Shown here piece by piece: positions 53,363-62,015 of a stretch of DNA of 64,000 bases. This DNA comes from an uncultured Gemmatimonadales bacterium (GTDB lineage Bacteria > Gemmatimonadota > Gemmatimonadetes > Longimicrobiales > Longimicrobiaceae): NCBI GenBank assembly GCA_963716255.1, contig OY970303.1, positions 448,001 through 512,000 on the forward strand. The letters are read 5' to 3'. Both the position numbers and the translations under genes were made by a program. The notes under the pieces were generated by a model. That model was given only the letters and a program-made list of their open reading frames with translations, had not been told where the DNA came from and ran no database searches. The number at the start of each line of letters is the position of its first letter. Within the stretch, counting starts at the first letter, position 1.

Positions 53363-54643
53363 ATGAGACCGGCTCACGCCCTCGTCCTCACCCTCGTGCT
53401 CGCCCCCCCCGGCTGCGGCGAGCGGGGCGGCGGCGCCGCCGTCGCCGCGGCCCCGCCGGCGGGGTGGAGCGAGCCGATGGAGGTCGCGCCCGGAAGCCCG
53501 CCCGATCTGCGGGGGAGCCGCATCGCGGACCTGCGCGCCGGGCCGGGCGGGAGCCTGCACGCGCTCTTCCTGGCCGACGCGGACGGCGATGGGGTGGCGA
53601 CCCGCCTGCTCCACGCCGCCTTCGACGGTGGGCGGTGGGGCGCGCCGGTCGTGCTCGCGGAGGCGGGGAGCATCGGCGCGGCGCAGCTCGCGGTGGACGC
53701 GGACGGGAGGGCGCACGCCGCGTGGACCGCGGGCCCGGCGCCCGCGGACCCGCGCGCGCCGCCGGCGTTCACGGAGCTGCTGCACCGGGTCCGGACGGAG
53801 AGCGGCTGGTCCCCCGCGGAGCGGTTGTACGGCGTCCCGGCGGGGGCGTCGGTGCCGGTGTCGGGGATCGCGGCGGCGGAGGCGGGCGGGGCCGTGCACC
53901 TGGTGTACCCCGCCGCTCCGGGCGGCTTCGCGGACCTGCGGTCCACCGCCGCGGACCGGGCTCCGCTCCCCGCAGGACCGGAGGGCGGGGAGCCCCGGAT
54001 GGCCGCCGGGCCCGGCGGCGCGCTGGCGCTGGCGGACCTCCGCTCGTCGCTCCCCCCGCCGGGCTCGGGGGGGACGGTGTTCCGCACGGACCCCTGGGTG
54101 CGCGTGTTCCGGGACGGCAGGTGGGGGGAGCCGGTGCGGGTGCACGCCGCCCCGGCGACGGACTCGCACAAGCCGCAGGTGGCGTGGGACGGGCGGGGCG
54201 TGCTGCACGCAGTGTGGCTGGAGGCGGACCCCGGCGACATCCTCCCCGTCCGCCTCCTGCATTCGCGGTCGGAGGACGGGGTGGCCTGGAGCGCCCCGGT
54301 GGAGCTGGCGGCGGGCGTCCCCGGGCGGGTGCTCTACTCGCCGCGGCTGGCGCTGGACGGCGGCGGCACGCTGCACCTGACGTTCGCGCGGTTCCGCGAT
54401 GGGCTCACGGACCCGCGGCACTTTCGCCTGGCGCTCTCCGGGGGCCGCTGGTCGGCGCCGGAGGAGATCCTTCCGCGCCAGGGACCCCGCGGAAGCGAGC
54501 TGGAAACGGCGGTGGACTCGCGGGGGAGGCTGCACGCGCTGTGGAGCGGGCGGGGAGGCGGCATCCTGCACTCGGTGCTGCGGCCGGCGGCGCCGGGCCC
54601 CGCGGCGGACCGCGGACGCTCCGTGCCGCTCGTCCCGCGCTGA
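53363..54643 (+). CDS. Putative exported or lipoprotein with BNR/sialidase-like beta-propeller repeats
   Basis: Signal-like N-terminus ending in PPGC. Repeated LH(A/L)xW and W(S/G)xP units, and an Asp-box-like SEDGVAWS. Confidence 0.6.
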   Translation: MRPAHALVLTLVLAPPGCGERGGGAAVAAAPPAGWSEPMEVAPGSPPDLRGSRIADLRAGPGGSLHALFLADADGDGVATRLLHAAFDGGRWGAPVVLAEAGSIGAAQLAVDADGRAHAAWTAGPAPADPRAPPAFTELLHRVRTESGWSPAERLYGVPAGASVPVSGIAAAEAGGAVHLVYPAAPGGFADLRSTAADRAPLPAGPEGGEPRMAAGPGGALALADLRSSLPPPGSGGTVFRTDPWVRVFRDGRWGEPVRVHAAPATDSHKPQVAWDGRGVLHAVWLEADPGDILPVRLLHSRSEDGVAWSAPVELAAGVPGRVLYSPRLALDGGGTLHLTFARFRDGLTDPRHFRLALSGGRWSAPEEILPRQGPRGSELETAVDSRGRLHALWSGRGGGILHSVLRPAAPGPAADRGRSVPLVPR

Positions 54644-54751
54644 TGCCGCTCGCCCCGGGCCGCGAGTGCGGAGGGACCCCGGACGCTACCCTGGACGTGG
54701 GCGCGGCGCTCGCGCCCCGATGCGAATCCCACACCGTCCAGGAGACCCGAC

Positions 54752-55294
54752 ATGAGAACGCTTCGCTACGCACTCGCCCCGCTGGTCTGCGTGCTGCTCG
54801 CCGGCTGCGGCGCCGACGACCTCACCTCCCCCGCCGGCGCGCGCGCCTCCATCGACCCCGACGTGCAGTGCCCGGAAGCCAACTGCGGAGGCGGGGGTTA
54901 CAACCCGCCCGCGCCCGCCGAGTACCACGGGTCGGACACGGACATCTCCCGGAGCTGGCAGCAGTACGGGCCGTCGTCGTGGGCCTGGGCGTCGATCCAC
55001 AAGGGGAACTCGTGGTCCGTGGTCAACAGCTCCGTCTACGCGTCGGGCAAGGTGGACGCCATCGCGTACACCTTCGCGAACTGCCGGAGCGGGAGCCGGG
55101 CGGAGTTCGGGCGGGACAGCCGCACGGTGTACGGCCTGGGCACGGCGGAAGTGAACTTCCGCTTCACGACGTTCGGCAAGTTCGGGTTCCAGGTGAAGGG
55201 GACGCACACCTTCGTCGGGAGCCCCGGCAGCGGAGCGGGGACCCAGGTGTTCTACTCCGAGGCCTCGCACTGCGACGACGGCATCTTCGCGTAA
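54752..55294 (+). CDS. Hypothetical lipoprotein
   Basis: GGAG RBS, lipobox LLAGC, GC3-biased codons, and a terminator immediately after. Confidence 0.75.
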   Translation: MRTLRYALAPLVCVLLAGCGADDLTSPAGARASIDPDVQCPEANCGGGGYNPPAPAEYHGSDTDISRSWQQYGPSSWAWASIHKGNSWSVVNSSVYASGKVDAIAYTFANCRSGSRAEFGRDSRTVYGLGTAEVNFRFTTFGKFGFQVKGTHTFVGSPGSGAGTQVFYSEASHCDDGIFA

Positions 55295-55307
55295 GCCACC
55301 AGAACGA

Positions 55308-55345
55308 AAGACCCGCGGCCGGGGAGGCCGCGGGTCTTCTGTTTT
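55308..55345 (+). terminator. Intrinsic terminator between convergent genes
   Basis: aagacccgcggcc-gggga-ggccgcgggtctt followed by ctgtttt. Confidence 0.8.
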
Positions 55346-55405
55346 ACGGCCGCCGGGGACGCCGCACCGGCGCTATGGGCCCGGAACGCAAAAGGGGTGT
55401 AGCGC

Positions 55406-58375
55406 TTACTCTTCGATCTTTTCCGTGCGCCTCACAGCTTTCCCGATTAACGGCAGCTGACTGAGCGACATCCTCACAAGGTCCAGGAACGACTTGTCAG
55501 ACAAACGCTCATCCATCTTCAGCTGCAGCGCCCCAAGCAATGGGACCAGGATCACGCCGGCAATCAACAGCAGTGGAAGGACGAAGGGGGAGACATTCTC
55601 TGCCAGCACGCCCAGAGCGGCGAGGACGATGACCACCGCGAACAGGTAGAACGAGCCGTTAGCCCACGCGCTCTGGACCCGGGCCGGCTTCGGGGATGGA
55701 CGATTCACGGTTTCCTCCTGGTGAATTGCCGTATGCGGCGCCATAACGACCACCCGCTCCACGGGGCCATGGAACTGCGTGCCGGGTACAGGAGTTCCCT
55801 CGTACGGCACTTTCCCTTCCGGGATCTCCCCCTTCAGCAGCTGTTCACGCGCCCCGATGTCATCGACCAGACTGAAGACGTCCACCATCTCGTAGCTCTT
55901 CTGGCACTGGATCTCGGTCCTCCGATCCGCCACGAACCGCCGCAGTGTCTCGAACGGGTAGAAGTTCGGCTCCTGGCTCGGCTTGCAGATTCCACAGTTG
56001 CAGGGAATCAGCTTGTTGTATTTGAGCTGGGTGTAGGTGGAATGGATCCGGTCCATCTCGTAGACGACGAGGGTCAACAGGTCCTTCTTGTGGGCACCGG
56101 CGACCCGGATCTGGAGCTCTCGCTTCCCGTAGTGCTCCACGACCTCCGCTCTCGTCCGCTCCTTCTCCAGGACCACACCGGTCTTCCAGACGAGCCGCTG
56201 CCCCTCGATCAACGGGTTCATCGCCACGATGACCTGGGTGACGATGCCCTTCGGCATGAACTCGTAGGTGTAGCGGAGGATCAGGTTGTCGGTCTCGTCC
56301 CATGGATACTCCGGCTGGTTCTCGGTCAGCCGCTGCGGAGCGATGTAGCGGTTCTTGGAACCGGGGACCGGGTAGCAGAGGCCGAACCGCATCATCAGCT
56401 GAAGCAGCTCGTCGAGCATGTTCGCGTATTCGTCCCCGGCCCAGATGTTCTCCAGGTCATGCCGGGTGAAGCGACCCTGCTGGTTGATGACATTGCGGTT
56501 GTCCAGCACCTTGTAGACCGCATCGGTTCCCCACTTTGGCTTCAGGATCACCGCTTTCTTCAGGATGGGATCGTCATGGAAGTGAAGGATCACTCCCAAG
56601 TCGTGCAGGTAGCCGCTGAGCTGGAGCTTGTCCCGTCGCGCATCGAACCCGAACCTCCCGCACAGCTCGAAGAATTCGTCCAGGCTGATGTAGTTGCGCG
56701 GATCTCCCTCCAGCGCCTTCCGCACCTCGACCCAGCGCTTCGGCAGCGGAGACCCGATGTGCGGGAGATGAGCGATCCGGTGCTGAATCTCGTCGCGGAT
56801 CTCTCCCACGCCGCGGTTGGTGGCGAAGTTGGCGGCGAGCGCGTCCTTGAGGCCGCCGAACTGCCCCCGCAAAGCCCGCTCGTTGATCTCCCGGTGCCGG
56901 TCCTTCTTTTCGTTCTTGATGATGAGCAGCGGGCTCCTGTCGCTGAGCAACTCGACGATGCTGAGCCAGTAGTGGAAATCCGTGTCTTCCTTTCGTGTGT
57001 CGGCCACCAGCGCGTAGAGGGATCGCCTGGTGAGGAAGAACTGGTGCGTGGCGTGGTAGATCTCCTGCCCGCCGAAGTCCCATATGTTCGCCTGGAAGGT
57101 TCGGCCGTTCGGGAGTGGGAAGCGCCAGTAGGCGACGTCGATCCCGGCGGTGCTCTCCTCGTCTTTGAGGACGTACTCGGGGTCCTGGAGCTTCTTGGCC
57201 AGCGTCGTCTTCCCGGCACCGCCCTCTCCTACGATGATCAGCTTGGCCTCGTAGAGATAGTCGGTTCCTTGGGCCTCAAGCTGGCGGAAGTACTCTCTGA
57301 TCGCATCAAGCCCTCGGCCGACAATCTCCAACGGAGGTACTTCGACCAGATTGCCGAATAAATCAATAGATTGAAGCTCCGGCATGGACAGAATGCGGGA
57401 TGACACTTTCCGGATTCGGTTCCCTCCAGGACCATTGTCATAGTTGCCAAAAGACAGACGCTTTAGTGAGTAGAGATTGTGGACGGAACCGGGAATTTCA
57501 GTGAAGCGAGCACCGGCAAGGTTGAGCACCTCTAGTCGCTGAAGGTTACCGATGCTCTCCGGCAAAGAGGACAACTGCGTCTGACTCAAACTCAGCAGCC
57601 TCAAATTTGCGAGGTTCCCAATATCTTCCGGCAATTCGTGGATTGGATTATTGTCGAAACTGAGGCTCTGAAGGCTGACGAGATTGAGAACCACACTAGG
57701 TAATTGCTCAAAGCTATTATCGCTGAGGTCCAACAGTGCCAAGTCCCGCAATTTGGAGATCGCCTCCGGAAGGCTCGAAAGCTGATTTCCCTCCAGACTG
57801 AGGCTCTGCAGGTTTTTCAGCTCGCCTATCCAATCTGGAACAGCATGCATCTGCATTCGTATGATCGTGAGGTCACGCAAGCGCCTAAGCGTTCGAACCT
57901 CCTCGGGAAAGGTCTCCTGTGCCGTATGCAAAGAAATCTTTAGGCTCTCAAGTGACTGGAGCTGTGAGAGCCACGGGGGCACAGTCATTCCACGTACGGT
58001 CCCGAGCGCCAATGTTTTCAGCCCTTGCAACTCGCCGAGCGAATCAGGAAGCTCTATATAGTCGTTGAGATCAAGGTCGAGATCTACCAAGTTCGACAAT
58101 CGGCCGATTGAGGCCGGAATGGATACCAGCTCGTTCCAGCGAAGGTTCAGGACCCGCAGGTTCCGTAACTCTCCGATCGCTTCAGGAAGGGAGGCGATCC
58201 GATGCCCCCCCAAGTGAAGCTCCTCCAGTTGTACAAGCTCGAAGACCTGCTGTGGGACTTGCGCCAATTTCTCGGCGTCCGGTGCATCTGGATCGACGCT
58301 CAGGTCGAGAACTATGAGCGAGTTCTTCTTCGCGGCTTGGATCTTCTTCTGGATCTCGCGAGGAATCTCATTCAT
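55406..58375 (-). CDS. Roco protein: LRR, ROC GTPase, COR and a C-terminal two-helix membrane segment
   Basis: Repeated LxxLxLxxN units, P-loop GEGGAGKTT, WDFGGQEIYHATHQFFL, COR-type YLHDLGVILHF and two hydrophobic stretches at the C-terminus. The likely start is MNEIP at 58375. Confidence 0.92.
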   Translation of the reverse strand: MNEIPREIQKKIQAAKKNSLIVLDLSVDPDAPDAEKLAQVPQQVFELVQLEELHLGGHRIASLPEAIGELRNLRVLNLRWNELVSIPASIGRLSNLVDLDLDLNDYIELPDSLGELQGLKTLALGTVRGMTVPPWLSQLQSLESLKISLHTAQETFPEEVRTLRRLRDLTIIRMQMHAVPDWIGELKNLQSLSLEGNQLSSLPEAISKLRDLALLDLSDNSFEQLPSVVLNLVSLQSLSFDNNPIHELPEDIGNLANLRLLSLSQTQLSSLPESIGNLQRLEVLNLAGARFTEIPGSVHNLYSLKRLSFGNYDNGPGGNRIRKVSSRILSMPELQSIDLFGNLVEVPPLEIVGRGLDAIREYFRQLEAQGTDYLYEAKLIIVGEGGAGKTTLAKKLQDPEYVLKDEESTAGIDVAYWRFPLPNGRTFQANIWDFGGQEIYHATHQFFLTRRSLYALVADTRKEDTDFHYWLSIVELLSDRSPLLIIKNEKKDRHREINERALRGQFGGLKDALAANFATNRGVGEIRDEIQHRIAHLPHIGSPLPKRWVEVRKALEGDPRNYISLDEFFELCGRFGFDARRDKLQLSGYLHDLGVILHFHDDPILKKAVILKPKWGTDAVYKVLDNRNVINQQGRFTRHDLENIWAGDEYANMLDELLQLMMRFGLCYPVPGSKNRYIAPQRLTENQPEYPWDETDNLILRYTYEFMPKGIVTQVIVAMNPLIEGQRLVWKTGVVLEKERTRAEVVEHYGKRELQIRVAGAHKKDLLTLVVYEMDRIHSTYTQLKYNKLIPCNCGICKPSQEPNFYPFETLRRFVADRRTEIQCQKSYEMVDVFSLVDDIGAREQLLKGEIPEGKVPYEGTPVPGTQFHGPVERVVVMAPHTAIHQEETVNRPSPKPARVQSAWANGSFYLFAVVIVLAALGVLAENVSPFVLPLLLIAGVILVPLLGALQLKMDERLSDKSFLDLVRMSLSQLPLIGKAVRRTEKIEE

Positions 58376-58631
58376 GACAGCCCCCGGGTGTGATTGAGGT
58401 GAGGTTTCTCTGCCTGAAACAAGGGTGGCTGTCCCGCCTTGCTTGAAGGCATCAAACAACATCGTGGCAGACAAACACCGGACGATCTCTGAACAGAACG
58501 GTGCTCGACTTACGGACGGGAGAGCAATCCAGGTAGGAGCAGGGAAGGTCCAGCAAGAGGCTGCGGCATTCTGCGCATGCGCGCTCCCACCGGATGTGAT
58601 CCGGTGTCAGCCGAGACGATTCGCGACCAAA

Positions 58632-58719
58632 CGGAGGGAGTGGGATTCGAACCCACGGATGGGGGATACCCATCGGCAGTTTTCAAGACTGCTGCCTTAA
58701 ACCGCTCGGCCATCCCTCC
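58632..58719 (-). tRNA. tRNA-Ser (anticodon TGA)
   Basis: GGAGGGA/TCCCTCC acceptor stem, anticodon arm GCAGT-CTTGAAA-ACTGC, a long variable arm and a GGTTCGAATCC T loop. CCA is not encoded. Confidence 0.96.
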
Positions 58720-58757
58720 CCGAGAACGCGCCGGAAGACCCCCAGCGTACAACCCGA

Positions 58758-58787
58758 AAATTACGCATTTTCCTCGCCCTCAGTCAA
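58758..58787 (-). promoter_or_regulatory. Candidate sigma70 promoter of tRNA-Ser
   Basis: Minus-strand TTGACT-N18-TAATTT about 40 nt upstream of the tRNA. Confidence 0.55.
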
Positions 58788-58942
58788 CCCGCCCACTGCC
58801 CCCGGCACCCCCGCCGTAGCGCATCTCCCGCAACCTGCCGCCCCGCAACCCGCCCCGCCCCAGGAGTTTCCCACCGGGCATACCCCTTGCACGACCGGCG
58901 GGGGATTCGATCCCGAGCGAAAACGCTTGCAGAGGCAGCCAG

Positions 58943-60307
58943 ATGAAGCGATCCGGATACACCGCCGCCGCGGCGCTCCTCGCCCTCGCCGCCGCGTGCG
59001 GCGGGGACGACGGCGGGGAGCGGCAGCCGCCCGCCGACCGCGGCGTCGCCCAGGCGAACGCCCCGGGCGCCGCCGAGCCCTACTGGGAGGCCGAGGCGTC
59101 CATGACCCGCGAGGAGATGGAGCGCGGGCGCATGGACAACGCCTGGGAGCAGGTGGTGCAGCTGGACCCGTGGACCGCGGGCGACAGCGCCGCCAACCCC
59201 GAGAAGTGGGAGCAGATCAGCGCCCAGGCCGTCAACGGCCGGCCCGTGTACCTGCCGCTCTTCGGCGACGTGGCGGGACCCTCGGTGCTGCGCACCCAGG
59301 TGCTGCTGGACCGGGCCCTGTTCTCGCCGGGGATGATCGACGGGCGCTGGGGGAAGAACACCGCCAAGGCCGTGTACTGGCTCCAGAAGCGCGAGGGGCT
59401 GCCCGCCACCGCGCGCGTGGACAGCGCCACCTTCAACCGCCTGGCGCAGCTCGCCGGCGAGCCCAGGGAGCTGGTGCGCACCCACACCCTCACCGCGGAC
59501 GACGTCAAGGGCCCCTTCGTGGACCTCCCCGAGGGGACCGGCGACGAGATCTACGAGATCGCAAAGCTGGACTGCACCTGCTACGAGTCGCTCACCGAGA
59601 AGCTGACCGAGCAGTTCCACGTCACCACCGAGGTGCTGGAGCAGCTCAACCGCGGCGTGAAGATCGATTCCCTGAAGGCGGGGCAGACCCTCCAGGTCCC
59701 CAACGTCCGCGATCCGAACGCGCGCGTCCCCGGCCAGGTGGCGCGCCTGGAGGTGTCCGGGCAGGGGAGCTTCGTGCACGCGCTGGACGCCGGCGGGCGC
59801 ATCCTGTACCACTTCCCGTCCACGCTGGGGGCCACCTACGACCCGTCGCCGCAGGGGAGCTTCACCATCCGGGACGTCACCCAAAACCCGTCGTGGCACT
59901 TCCAGCCCAAGATCCTGGAGCGCATCCCCGACGACAAGCCGGACGCCATGATCCCCCCCGGGCCCAACAACGCCGTGGGCGTGGTGTGGATGGCGCTTTC
60001 CGAGCCGCACTACGGCATCCACGGCACCAAGTCCCCGGAGACCATCGGCTACGCCACCTCCGCCGGGTGCGTGCGCCTGACCAACTGGGACGCGCGGTTC
60101 CTGAGCACGAGGGTGAGCAAGGGGATCCCGGTGCGCTTCCGCGACACCCGCTCCGGCGGGCCCGGGGCCGCCGCGGCCGCGCGGGACACCGCCGCCATCG
60201 GCCGGTCCACGCGGGGCCAGTCGGGCGCGTCGGACTCCGCGGCGGCGCGGCGCGCCGGGAGCGGCGGGCGGGCGAAGAGCCGCGCGGACACCACGGCGCG
60301 CGGATGA
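58943..60307 (+). CDS. L,D-transpeptidase (YkuD/ErfK family) lipoprotein with peptidoglycan-binding regions
   Basis: Lipobox LAAAC, PG-binding-like IDGRWGKNT, PPGPNNAVG and catalytic YGIHGT...SAGCVRL. Confidence 0.9.
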   Translation: MKRSGYTAAAALLALAAACGGDDGGERQPPADRGVAQANAPGAAEPYWEAEASMTREEMERGRMDNAWEQVVQLDPWTAGDSAANPEKWEQISAQAVNGRPVYLPLFGDVAGPSVLRTQVLLDRALFSPGMIDGRWGKNTAKAVYWLQKREGLPATARVDSATFNRLAQLAGEPRELVRTHTLTADDVKGPFVDLPEGTGDEIYEIAKLDCTCYESLTEKLTEQFHVTTEVLEQLNRGVKIDSLKAGQTLQVPNVRDPNARVPGQVARLEVSGQGSFVHALDAGGRILYHFPSTLGATYDPSPQGSFTIRDVTQNPSWHFQPKILERIPDDKPDAMIPPGPNNAVGVVWMALSEPHYGIHGTKSPETIGYATSAGCVRLTNWDARFLSTRVSKGIPVRFRDTRSGGPGAAAAARDTAAIGRSTRGQSGASDSAAARRAGSGGRAKSRADTTARG

Positions 60308-60371
60308 GCCGAGCCAGGGAAGGCGGAGGGGGCCGCGCGTCGCCCTCCGCCCCGCTGCGCGGGAGGCACCC

Positions 60372-62015
60372 ATGACACAGGCATACGAACGGCTGCTCCA
60401 GGGGCGCACGCTCGCCGGCCGCTACGAGATCCACGAGGTGATCGGCAGCGGCGGCATGAGCGTCGTCTACCGCGGCGTGGACCGCAACCTGGGGCGCGCC
60501 GTGGCGATCAAGGTGGTCAGCGTGCCCGCCGGCAACGCCGCGCAGCGCGACGAGCTGCGGGCGCGCTTCCGCCGCGAGGCCGCCGCCGCCGCCAGCATCC
60601 CGCACCATCCCAACGTGGTGCAGGTCTACGACTACGGCACCGACCCGCAGCTCGACCTGGACTTCATCATCATGGAGCGGCTGGAGGGGCGCGACCTCAA
60701 GCAGGCGCTGGCGGCCGGGGAGCTTTCCCTCCCCGAGTCGGTGAGGATCCTGCGCGAGGCGGCGCGCGGGCTTGCCGCCGGCCACCGCGTGGGGCTGGTG
60801 CACCGCGACGTCAAGCCGGCGAACGTCTTCCTCACCGGGCACGGCGAGATCGATTCTGTGTGCCTGCTGGACTTCGGCATCGCCAAGCCGCTGGAGGCGG
60901 ACCCCGAGCACGACCTCACCCGCACCGGGCACGTGGCGTACTCCCCGGCCTACGCCTCGCCCGAGCAGCTCCGCGGCGAGCGCGCCATGACGGCGGCCTC
61001 GGACGTGTACCAGCTGGGGCTGATCGGCTACGAGATGCTGGCCGGAGGGCGCCCCTACGACGAGGCCGAGCGCGAGCGCATCCGCGCGGGCGAGAACCTG
61101 GCGCTCCCCATGCGGGGACGCTGGGCGATGGTGCCGGAGGCGCTGCACGCCGTGCTGCAGCGGGCGCTGCGCATGCGGCCGGAGGAGCGCTTCGCCGACG
61201 CCGGCGCGATGGCCGAGGCGCTGGCGCACGCGGCCGACGACAAGCCCACGCCGCACGCCGCCCCGCACCCCGCGGCGGAGACCCGCACCGCCGCCGAGCC
61301 GGCCGGCCCCCGGGTGGGTGCCGTGACGACGGCGCCGCTCCGCGACCCGTCGCCGGGCGTGCCGGTGCACGCGTCGCCGGTGCCGCCGCCGCCGCGGGGG
61401 TGGGCGTGGGAGCGCTGGGCCGTCCCCGCGCTGGTGCTGATGCTGGTGCTGGGGTGGGCCGCGGCGCGCTCCGGCCGCGGCGGCCCCGCGCCCGCCGACG
61501 CCGGGGCGGCCGCGGGGCTGGCGGCGCCCGCCGCCGCGGCGGCCCCGCGCGCCGACTCCGCGGGCGTGGTGACGCTTTCCGGCGGCGACGCGCGCGCCCG
61601 CGACGAGGCCGAGATCCGCCAGGCGGTGCAGGCGCTCAACCAGGCGTGGGTGGACGGCGAGATCCGCACGCACGTGGGCCACTACGCCAGCCGGGTGGAC
61701 TACTACAACTCGCGGCGCCTGGCCCGCTCCGGCGTGCGGCGCGACCGCCAGCGCGAGCTGGACCGCTACGACGCCTCGCGCCGCATCGACATCCACGGCC
61801 AGAAGCTGGAGTGGCTGGACGACGACCGCGCGCGGGTGCTCGTGGACAAGGCGTGGGACTTCCGCGGCGAGGCGGGGACGCGCCGGGGCCGCGGGACGCA
61901 GGAGTACGTGTTCAAGCGGGACGACGACGACGGGCGGTGGTACGTGGTCGCCGAGCAGATGCTCGACCAGACGGAATCGCGCACGACCACCCCGGAGGAG
62001 GAGGGGACGGGATGA
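60372..62015 (+). CDS. Hanks-type Ser/Thr kinase with a TM helix and a C-terminal NTF2/SnoaL-like domain
   Basis: IGSGGMSVVY, VAIK, HRDVKPAN, DFGIA, YASPEQ and TM WAVPALVLMLVLGW. Confidence 0.92.
   Translation: MTQAYERLLQGRTLAGRYEIHEVIGSGGMSVVYRGVDRNLGRAVAIKVVSVPAGNAAQRDELRARFRREAAAAASIPHHPNVVQVYDYGTDPQLDLDFIIMERLEGRDLKQALAAGELSLPESVRILREAARGLAAGHRVGLVHRDVKPANVFLTGHGEIDSVCLLDFGIAKPLEADPEHDLTRTGHVAYSPAYASPEQLRGERAMTAASDVYQLGLIGYEMLAGGRPYDEAERERIRAGENLALPMRGRWAMVPEALHAVLQRALRMRPEERFADAGAMAEALAHAADDKPTPHAAPHPAAETRTAAEPAGPRVGAVTTAPLRDPSPGVPVHASPVPPPPRGWAWERWAVPALVLMLVLGWAAARSGRGGPAPADAGAAAGLAAPAAAAAPRADSAGVVTLSGGDARARDEAEIRQAVQALNQAWVDGEIRTHVGHYASRVDYYNSRRLARSGVRRDRQRELDRYDASRRIDIHGQKLEWLDDDRARVLVDKAWDFRGEAGTRRGRGTQEYVFKRDDDDGRWYVVAEQMLDQTESRTTTPEEEGTG

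Noticed and set aside
55340..55405. att-like duplication of the tRNA 3' end bounding a Roco island
   Set aside because: No copy of the tRNA end was found, and no integrase is present.
58675..58682. The hairpin loop octamer AAACTGCC also occurs in the tRNA-Ser anticodon arm
   Set aside because: One 8-nt match in 64 kb is expected by chance, and the bases are mostly paired in the tRNA.
60860..62011. N-terminal extension of the 974-aa kinase ORF
   Set aside because: It is an off-frame overlap with the first kinase. The second kinase starts at 62012.
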